The notes under the pieces: generated by a model
Database searches by the model: none
Told to the model about the DNA's origin: nothing
Seen by the model: only the letters and a program-made list of their open reading frames with translations
Translations under genes and position numbers: made by a program
Part shown: positions 56,173 to 64,000 of the stretch, piece by piece
Position numbering within the stretch: position 1 is the stretch's first letter
How the letters are laid out: every line of letters begins with the position of its first letter
IMG/VR virus record: IMGVR_UViG_3300030049_000007
Reading direction: 5' to 3' (one strand)
DNA length: 64,000 bases
DNA from: a virus

Positions 56173-57592
56173 AATACTCTTTATAAATATTCCACTTTCT
56201 AACACAGTGAGGAAATCCATAAACTTTTTTTGCAAATTCATAAGCATAATTACCATTAAACTTAAACTCCATAAGAGTTTCATATTTTTTATGATTATTA
56301 TAACAATGTTGAATAGATATTTCTTTTGTTAACCAATCCCCAATTTCTTTAGAAGTTAAAAAACTAATATTAAAACTTTGTCGTCCAGTATCTTTATGAT
56401 TATTTATAAAAACACTTCCATCACCATCTATAATTCCACGTAACCAATCATATAAAAATTCCATATTATTTATAATCATATAAGGTATTTGTTCTTTCAT
56501 ACTTTTACGTGGAGCTAAATTCCATTTTTTTAAATTTTCTAAAATAAAGGGATTTTCATTTATTATATAATAAAATTCTTTAGCCAAAATTGCGTTATCG
56601 TAAATAAATTCTATTCGTTCTTTTTTAATATAAATTGGTTTTTCTGTTTTTAAATATAATCTCATATTATCTACTAGTTCTTTATCTATCGAGCCAAAAT
56701 CAAGAACATATCTACTAATAGAAGGACCTGAACATTTAATACATCCATCTGCCGATAAAAGACCAGCAAGATATGCTGTAGTTGGATCTATATCATTAAA
56801 AGCATTATTATCTGAACTATATTCAGTTCTTTTATTTTTAAAATTTAATCTATTAGACCACCAAACTATTTTATCCCTAGAACAGTCCATTCGTAGACCG
56901 ATACGATAATTCTCTATACCTTCTTCTAAATATTCAAATACCTCTCCACCAACTAACTCGTGCCATGGATCTGGATGATCTACTAAACGAGTAAAGAATG
57001 CTTTATAATATTTTTGTATTTGAATTAATTTTCTATCATTAATTATAATATGTTGTTGATTAAAGTTTTGCCACTGAATAGATACTTCACTTATATGATT
57101 TGAAATATCCCAATTCCATGGGGATATTACAAAAAATACTTGACCACCTAATTTTTCTAAACTTTCTTTTTCATTCAAAAACCTTATGTCGTCACATACA
57201 TATTTAATATTAGGATTATTTTTAATTATTTGGATAGTTTTTTTAACATGCCAATCAAAATCTATAACTCTACAAACATCAGAACCAAACCATTGTAAAA
57301 ATTCTCTATAACTAGTAAATGTTTTGGTTTCTAAATTTTCCTTAAATTTAATCAATTCTGGATTATTTATAATTAATTCAGTAATTTTTAATTCTGAAAT
57401 TTTAAATGGTTCTAAAATGTTATTTTTTATATTATCTAATTCAGCTCTATCTAAACTAAATATATTACAAGTAGTATCTTTGAGCCAATCTGCAAATGAA
57501 ATTCTCTTAAAGCCTAATTCTATTAATATATTTGCAATAGTAGTCTTTCCTGATCCTTTTCTACCAGCAAAACCAATAATGTTAGAATTCAT
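56162..57592 (-). CDS. Deoxynucleoside monophosphate kinase fused to a two-motif LAGLIDADG endonuclease
   Basis: 'GRKGSGKT', 'SFAD.LK', 'R..LQ.FG', 'DDIRF.NE', 'HISE', then 'YLAGLLSADG' and 'WLRGIIDGDG'. Confidence 0.85.
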   Translation of the reverse strand: MNSNIIGFAGRKGSGKTTIANILIELGFKRISFADWLKDTTCNIFSLDRAELDNIKNNILEPFKISELKITELIINNPELIKFKENLETKTFTSYREFLQWFGSDVCRVIDFDWHVKKTIQIIKNNPNIKYVCDDIRFLNEKESLEKLGGQVFFVISPWNWDISNHISEVSIQWQNFNQQHIIINDRKLIQIQKYYKAFFTRLVDHPDPWHELVGGEVFEYLEEGIENYRIGLRMDCSRDKIVWWSNRLNFKNKRTEYSSDNNAFNDIDPTTAYLAGLLSADGCIKCSGPSISRYVLDFGSIDKELVDNMRLYLKTEKPIYIKKERIEFIYDNAILAKEFYYIINENPFILENLKKWNLAPRKSMKEQIPYMIINNMEFLYDWLRGIIDGDGSVFINNHKDTGRQSFNISFLTSKEIGDWLTKEISIQHCYNNHKKYETLMEFKFNGNYAYEFAKKVYGFPHCVRKWNIYKEYYAK

Positions 57593-58120
57593 ATGATTTC
57601 TTCCATTAACTTCCTATATTCTAAAGCATCATGAAGAAGCGCATTGATAATTTCTAATGATACTTTACGGGCAATAATACCATGAGCATTTGGAATTTCT
57701 AATTCCCTACAAAGTTCATCATTTTCATGATTCCATTCTTCAATATGAAGATCTTTGATAAATTCATCCGTTAACTTTGGTTTAGGATAAATCATTTAAT
57801 AAAGATTAATGCGAGACTTTAGATTTTGAAGACGAGCGTTTTGAGTTTGTAAAGTATCTACAAAACCATCTATTCTTTGATTGAGTTCGGTTATATAACC
57901 TTCTTTAAGAGATGAATCTTCTTCACTACAAGTTACATATTCTGGATTCAATACCGGAGCTAATTTACTGTAAATATCTGAAATCAACTCTTGATTTATT
58001 GAAAATTCTTTATCAAACATTACAAATAAATGTTTAAGATCAGAATCTTTTTTAGGACTAGCTTCATTTGTTTCATAACAATCCTGCTTAACAGGATAAT
58101 CAACGGTTTTTTTATTCATT

Positions 58121-58492
58121 TTATTTTTCCTCGATATAGATGATTTGTTTATTGAGATCCATAGTTTTTCTAATAGTATCTCTAGTTCCATTACAGGGTA
58201 AATGGTTAACTAAACATGCTACCAAAATATCACACTTTTGAGCAATTGTGGTATTCCTTAAAAATGGCGCATATCTACCCTTAGAATAGTCAGGTAGATA
58301 TTCAATAAGATTAAGACTATGTGAATTTGCATAATTTTTAGCCATAGTATCTGCACCATTAGCTCCGCCTGATACTATGGTTATAAATTCATATTGCTTA
58401 TGTAATTTATCTAAATGTTCAAAAAGTAAATCTTCTCTAGTAAATTTTCTGGAGCCAGAAACTCCAATGTATTTCACTTCTTCTTTGCACAT
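58121..58492 (-). CDS. YspA/DUF2493-like SLOG-family protein
   Basis: 'GSRKF', 'IVSGGANGAD', 'RN', 'GT..TI'. Confidence 0.8.
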   Translation of the reverse strand: MCKEEVKYIGVSGSRKFTREDLLFEHLDKLHKQYEFITIVSGGANGADTMAKNYANSHSLNLIEYLPDYSKGRYAPFLRNTTIAQKCDILVACLVNHLPCNGTRDTIRKTMDLNKQIIYIEEK

Positions 58493-58648
58493 CTAGAACA
58501 AGTGTGTTTTAAATTGACGATATTTAAACTAGAGCCGGTAATATTATAATTTGGCTTATAAAAAGTAATACTGGATTTACAAGTATCGCACTTTGTAAAA
58601 AGATGATGATGGTTACCGGTTGGGGTGATTACTTCGATGACGGACATT

Positions 58649-59077
58649 TTAAACTCCAGTACTTCCAAATCCACCAATTCCACGTTCTACAGGTGTAACT
58701 TCATCATAGGCCCATTCTCTAACTATAGAAGCCACAATGAATTGTGCTATTCTGTCACCAGGATTAATCGTATACATCTTATTAGAACAGTTATACAGAA
58801 TTACATTAATTGAACCTGAATATGCGTTATCAACCGTTCCGGGTGCATTCAAAACAATAATTCCATGATTTAGAGCCAATCCACTTCTAGAACGAATCTG
58901 ACCCTCATAACCAGGTGCAAGTTTGCACTTATAGCCCGTAGGAATCATAGCCCGTCCACCAATATCCAGGGTGAATGGTGCATCAATCTGAGCAGGTAAA
59001 TCAATTCCTGAATCACCAGCAGTTTTATAACTTAACTTATAAGGATTTTCTACTAATGGAATAAACTCGACCAACAT
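58649..59077 (-). CDS. dut: Trimeric dUTPase
   Basis: 'GIDL', 'RSRSGLA', 'GTVDNAYSG', 'GDRIAQ', 'RGIGGFGSTG'. Confidence 0.95.
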   Translation of the reverse strand: MLVEFIPLVENPYKLSYKTAGDSGIDLPAQIDAPFTLDIGGRAMIPTGYKCKLAPGYEGQIRSRSGLALNHGIIVLNAPGTVDNAYSGSINVILYNCSNKMYTINPGDRIAQFIVASIVREWAYDEVTPVERGIGGFGSTGV

Positions 59078-59078
59078 A

Positions 59079-61712
59079 TTACCGACTCCTTTTATTTTTG
59101 ATTATCTCCACGGCATCTAATAGAGCTTGCTTATTTAAGATACCCGTAGATCTAACTCCATAGGTTTTACCTGTTGACTTAATTTCTCGTTCAAATAATT
59201 TTTGTAATTCTAATATTTGTTTTTCATAATAAAATGTAAGTGTATACATATCTTTTATATCATCATGATATAGTAAGATAGGTACATCGCCTGGATTCAT
59301 TGGGGCATTCTTACTTATATAGAACTGTTGAGTTCTAATAAGATCTTCTGCTAAATTAGAGGAATCAATTTCGTCCTGATACATCCCAATGTTCTTTCCA
59401 AATATTGATCAATTTTTGGAAATGAGTTCTAGCAGCCAGATCAGAATTAGCATTATAAGCAAATACTGCTTTCTGCATAATATCACGAATATTTAGAAAT
59501 TCACGTTCTTCTATTGGTTTATGCAAATCTTCGGCAAAGTTATAAATTCTAAAATGCCAAACACCTTCAAAATCTTCTTCTTTTGAAATTGCAAATGCTT
59601 TAGACAATTCAGGAATAGTAACCCTAGAAAATATCTCTTCAAATTGATCTATTTTTTTATCGCTAACTGACATCTTGTATTTTCCTTGAACATCTGTCAC
59701 AACGACATTCTAAATCTTGACTATACCACAGAAGTTTCTGAGCGATTAAATCTTCTTTATTCTCTAAAGTACATTTATAGCAAAAGGTCCAACCACCTTT
59801 CATAATATAACATGAAAGGTAGTTTTCCTTATACTTTTTTATATTAATCGTTGAGGAACTTATCATTTGGATTGGAATATGGAAACCTTATAGGAGGATC
59901 AATAAACTTTAGTAACCACTTAAACTTTAATTTTCTATGTAGAAATTCGGTGAATGGAGAATGATAATTTAAATTATACCATGTCGCACCGGAATTTGAG
60001 CTAAATAATTCAGGCGCTCTAGTAGATTGCCATCTGGATTTAGTATGGGCAATATACTCACCAGTAATAGTAGGATTATCTACTGGAGTTAATGGTCTAT
60101 TTGAATTTAATTGTTTACATATGTCTAAAATAATATCATTAGAATAAAAGCCATAAGTAGAATATTTGTTTAAGATCTGCATTATTTCTAGAATTACAGA
60201 AACTTCTATCTTATCTGGAGTTAATCCATATAATGATAACTCTTTGATATAAGAACCACTAGTTGGTTTATTAAGAAGATATTTAATTAGCGACATATAT
60301 AGTTTTCAGATAAGGATCATTTTGTATTTTATTATATTCGTTAGTTGTAAAATATGTCATAAATTGAGCGCCAGAAGTAGCAAAATCGATTGCATCTTTT
60401 GCTTCTTTTAATCCAATGTCAATAATATTTCTATAAGCTTTAATTGCATCTAATTTATTGATACCAATAGATGAAGCTGCTTTAAAATGCCAATTTTTAA
60501 TTTTATTTTCATCTATCTTTGGATTAATGTAATTTTTAGTAATTCTAATATTATATTCTTCTTTAATAATAGAACCTTTAATTGGTTTAAAGTCTGATTG
60601 GATAACTTTTTTAACAATATCTCGTATAGTAAGATTATATCCATATTCTGAACTAAGTTCAGTTTCATTTTTAATAAGTTTCGTTCCAAAAATATCATCT
60701 TCAGTGATAATATAAAGAAAATTATTTTCATAAATATATTTACCGATTATTGACATTTATCCATCTCCTAAAAAATTAACTTAAAATAAATTTTACCAAC
60801 AACCTTTTCATCCTCTGAAATTAAGTTTCGTTTTACTTCATTTTTAATTATTGCCAAAACTGCATCAAATGACCAATTTGGATTAATAAAAGTAAAATTA
60901 GTCCTACGTCTAATTAATTTACCGTCTTCTAAAACTTGGCAATGTCCAATAACATCAAACCGCATTATTCTCCTTCTGAGAAAATGGGAGACTCTATTTT
61001 GATAGAAAATAATGTCTCAGTTACTTTAATTAATTTTATACCACATTCGTTGCAAAAGTGAAGATCGCCGAATAACCCGTTATACTTAGTATTATAGCCG
61101 AAATTAAAGTCGAGTGCAACCGAAAATTCTTTATGAGTTTCAGGAACTTCATCCTCTGGTAAACCTTCAATTAAAACAAGAGAATGGCAGCCATCACAGT
61201 AATATTCTGTGATGGCCGCTTTGCCTGGATCAATTAGTTTCTTCATAGCATTTAATATTCCAATCAAAAGTTTCGAATTCTTTAATAAAATCTAAAAGTT
61301 TATTAATTGTATTTGTACGAGGAATTTTATATTCAAGTTTACGACCCTTGCATTCACTAACATTATTATTAATTAAACCTTTTTCTAACATTAATTTTCC
61401 AAATAATTGAGTAGAATAACCATTTTCCATCATTAAAACAAAACAATCTGAATACCACATGAAATCTGAAAGTTTTAACATTTATTCTCCCTTATATTAG
61501 ATATAACTGAAATGATATTAATCATAGATTGGTGAATAACTAATTATTTTATGATAAGGATAACTATTATTATTAAATATAGATTCCCATTCTTCTAAAG
61601 TTTTTAATGTAACAAGATCTGGGCCATCTAATATTTCAGTATCAATATCAGGTATTTGCATAGTTGCATAATTATCATTGTGAGTTGTCCAAACTTTATT
61701 TAGAATTGACAT
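59079..61712 (-). other. Run of small hypothetical genes
   Basis: About nine packed minus-strand ORFs. Confidence 0.6.
60283..60756 (-). CDS. Protein with a C-terminal ribosomal bL12 (L7/L12) CTD-like motif
   Basis: 'GINKLDAIKAYRNIIDIGLKEAKDAID' compared with the bL12 pattern 'K..VIK.VR..TGLGLKEAKDLV'. Confidence 0.6.
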   Translation of the reverse strand: MSIIGKYIYENNFLYIITEDDIFGTKLIKNETELSSEYGYNLTIRDIVKKVIQSDFKPIKGSIIKEEYNIRITKNYINPKIDENKIKNWHFKAASSIGINKLDAIKAYRNIIDIGLKEAKDAIDFATSGAQFMTYFTTNEYNKIQNDPYLKTIYVAN

Positions 61713-61994
61713 TATTTTTACCTATTGTATTATGATGTAACCATTGATTAATTTTTTCTTGTTTATGATTAGCAAAATTAACAATATCTTTTATTATAAT
61801 ATCTTTAGCAAATCCCAAAAATCTAATAGCAAATAATACATCTCCTAACTCTTTTTCTAACATTTTTCTATTTGTATCACTATCAATTATTGGATTACGA
61901 CTTTCATAACCATGACGAAGAATCTTTCCAATAACTTGCTGTGCTTCGCCCAACTCTTCAGATAGAATTGCTAGGCGTTCTAATTCTTCTGGAG
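61696..61994 (-). pseudogene. MazG-like NTP pyrophosphohydrolase with its 5' end cut by the IS
   Basis: The frame reads 'PEELERLAILSEELGEAQQVIGKILRHGY...LEKELGDV' right up to the IS right end, with no native start. Confidence 0.7.
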
Positions 61995-63250
61995 GTGAAT
62001 ACTCCCCTCCCTAAAGGGAGGGGCTTCTAGGATTATTTCAAATCCAAAGACGCCATTCCACGTCTCAAAATATTTATGCTTGCATTAAGATCTCGATCCA
62101 AAACTAGTCCGCATGAACATGAATGAGTTCTTTCGGAAAGTTCCTTTGGAATGAGCGATCCACATCTAGAACACATTTTACTAGTATTCTTAGGATCTAT
62201 TAATACAACCCTCTTACCGGCCCATTCTGCCTTGTATTGGGTAAATTGTACGAATTGATTCCAGGCTACATCGGCGATGCCTTTACGAATATTCTTCATT
62301 TTAGTATCTTGCATTTTATCAATAGAAAGATCTTCAAAAACTATTAGATCATATTTGTTTACTAAATTTAACGCTGCTTTATGCGCAAAATCTTTACGAA
62401 TATTTGCTAACTTTTCATGGATTTTAGATTCTATTAAACGTGCCTTATTTCGTTGTTTGGAACCTTTAGGTTGAAGTTCTCGTTTTCTAGAAGCACTTGC
62501 TAAACGTTTTTTATATTGATCAAAGAATCGCTGTCTTGGAATTACCGTTCCATCTGACATAGTAGCAAATGTGGTTAGACCAAGATCAATGCCAACGGAA
62601 TTATCAACAGGTTGAACAATATTTAAATCTTCCAATTCACATGAGAAGGTAGCAAACCACTTTCCTGTAGAAGTCTTTTTGATTGTGAGAGTTTTGATCT
62701 TACCTTGAAGAGGACGATGTAAAGTAATAGAAATTTCACCAACCAATGAGATTTTAAGTTTACTATCAAGTAGTTTAAATCCAGATTGAGGAAAGGTGAA
62801 GCTGTCGTAATGTCCTTTTCCTTTGAAGCGTGGATAACCTGGAGTTTCACCAGACTTGCAACGGCGAAAAAATGCCTTGAAAGCTAGATCGACTCTTGTT
62901 TGAACTTGCTGCAAAACTTGACTATGAACTTTATATAAATCTAAATGAGATGATTTCCATTGGGTTAAATAACTTGATGAATCATAGAGACTAATATTTT
63001 CTTGATTTTTCTCCCATGCATTTTTACGAAGTTCTAATGTTTTATTGTAAAGCCAACGGCATGATTCTAAGATAGACTCTAACCTAGTCAATTGTGACTT
63101 GGTGGGATAGAGTCTATATTGGAAAGATTTACGCACTTAACGAACCTCTAACAACCAGCATAACATGAAGAGAAAAAATGTCAAGACAAGCTCGACATTT
63201 TCACCCCTTATATCCCCGCCCTAAAGGACGGGGTTTTACGGGGCTTACCG
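61995..63250 (-). mobile_element. Non-autonomous IS200/IS605-family element (tnpB only, IS1341-like)
   Basis: Related subterminal hairpins CCCCGTCCTTTAGGGCGGGG (left) and CCCCTCCCTTTAGGGAGGGG (right). The right end finishes in TTCAC and the left end is preceded by TTTAT. No tnpA. Confidence 0.85.
62033..63136 (-). CDS. tnpB: RNA-guided endonuclease TnpB
   Basis: 'YRLYPT' HTH, RuvC 'GIDLG', 'FEDL' and 'DRDLNASINI', and zinc finger 'CSRCG...CSCG'. The catalytic D/E/D residues are intact. Confidence 0.95.
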   Translation of the reverse strand: MRKSFQYRLYPTKSQLTRLESILESCRWLYNKTLELRKNAWEKNQENISLYDSSSYLTQWKSSHLDLYKVHSQVLQQVQTRVDLAFKAFFRRCKSGETPGYPRFKGKGHYDSFTFPQSGFKLLDSKLKISLVGEISITLHRPLQGKIKTLTIKKTSTGKWFATFSCELEDLNIVQPVDNSVGIDLGLTTFATMSDGTVIPRQRFFDQYKKRLASASRKRELQPKGSKQRNKARLIESKIHEKLANIRKDFAHKAALNLVNKYDLIVFEDLSIDKMQDTKMKNIRKGIADVAWNQFVQFTQYKAEWAGKRVVLIDPKNTSKMCSRCGSLIPKELSERTHSCSCGLVLDRDLNASINILRRGMASLDLK

Positions 63251-63412
63251 ATAAAGAACTGAATTTTCATCCCAAAGTCCCTAATTATTTCTAATCCATC
63301 TTCCTAATGTATCATGGACTGATCCAGAACCTTCTAATTGAATATAAACTTTATCTGTTTCGTTTAATATTTTATCTAACTCAATATGGCATTCATTTAG
63401 ATTCGTTGGCAT
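63251..63412 (-). pseudogene. Truncated gene (DUF6794-like, from recall) with an in-frame TAG, cut at the IS left end
   Basis: MPTNLNECHIELDKIL...HDTLGRWIRNN*GLWDENSVLY, then the IS. The TAG sits where a Trp (TGG) is expected in 'RNNWGLW'. Confidence 0.55.
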
Positions 63413-63423
63413 CTTTATTTACC

Positions 63424-63891
63424 TTATTCTAAACATACAATTCTAATTCCAAAATGTTTACAAATTTTAGAACGTTCATCCTTTTCTCGCTGAGGCATTG
63501 AATTATATGGATTTTTAAAACAGATCCACTTCACACCCCTGAGTGCCATATCACGCGTACAGTTCAAACACGGCTCATGCGTGAGGTATGCACGGTAAAT
63601 GTCTCCAGTTGAAAACCGGAGAGCGTTTTCTTCGGCATGAAGTGTATGAATACAACGATTCTCAGAATTGCAAGTCTCATCCGTACAATGATCCATACCA
63701 CTTGGAGCGCCATTATAACCCATTGATGCTACAGAACCATCTTTACGCAATAAAACTGCTCCAACTTTTAATCGTTTACATGTTCCCAAATTTGCAATCT
63801 CATGAGCGATATTCATAAAAGTTTCGTTTTTAAGATCGAATCTATTCATTACACTTATCTCTCCAAGCACCATCAATAACATGTCCATCAT
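63424..63891 (-). CDS. dCMP deaminase (ComEB-like); start probably MNRFDL
   Basis: 'C.RLKVGA', 'GYNGAP', 'HAEEN', 'PCLNC'. Confidence 0.9.
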   Translation of the reverse strand: MMDMLLMVLGEISVMNRFDLKNETFMNIAHEIANLGTCKRLKVGAVLLRKDGSVASMGYNGAPSGMDHCTDETCNSENRCIHTLHAEENALRFSTGDIYRAYLTHEPCLNCTRDMALRGVKWICFKNPYNSMPQREKDERSKICKHFGIRIVCLE

Positions 63892-64000
63892 AATAAGTTA
63901 AAGCAAGATTACATTTTTTACAAAAACAGACTGGAAGAAATCCTTGAATTCCACCAAAAATATAACCTGGCTCATGATTATTTGATTTAGCAATTTCCAA

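Noticed and set aside
59844-60296. MSLIKYLL start as a ninth tagged gene
   Set aside because: It lacks K-L-A/C, uses different codons, sits in a non-structural region and has no Gly/Ala helix. Probably chance.
63281-63283. In-frame TAG as evidence of stop-codon reassignment
   Set aside because: Long genes are intact in code 11 and TAG ends several genes cleanly (for example at 364 and 55281). A TGG-to-TAG mutation in an IS-disrupted gene is simpler.

Overview
This window is a 64-kb AT-rich segment of a large, probably lytic, contractile-tailed dsDNA phage that uses the standard genetic code. I found no tRNA, CRISPR array or integrase. Layout: (1) 0.4-8.2 kb, minus strand: replication and recombination genes (SbcC/Rad50-like ATPase, primase-helicase, SNF2 helicase, PD-(D/E)xK nuclease). 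(2) 9.2-19.8 kb, plus strand: head operon (terminase, core/scaffold proteins, probable prohead protease, major capsid protein). (3) 20-38 kb, minus strand: tail, portal, baseplate and fibre genes, with a tail sheath split across two genes. (4) DnaE polymerase, then a long minus-strand region of small genes built from promoter-hairpin-gene-terminator cassettes. (5) 50.9-55.3 kb, plus strand: lysis-like genes plus a cargo island. (6) Nucleotide metabolism genes and a non-autonomous IS200/IS605 (tnpB-only) element. The best candidate for a new system is a set of eight otherwise unrelated small genes in three loci that begin with the same M-[SG]-[LI]-[IV]-K-L-[AC] leader. Its K-x-A ending also recurs densely through the head, core and protease proteins and the capsid N-terminus. 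This suggests a capsid-addressing tag with protease-released, often membrane-active cargo. The second candidate is a roughly 230-nt structured, ORF-free RNA with its own promoter and terminator (45462-45693). All family assignments come from motif recognition by eye; no searches were run.
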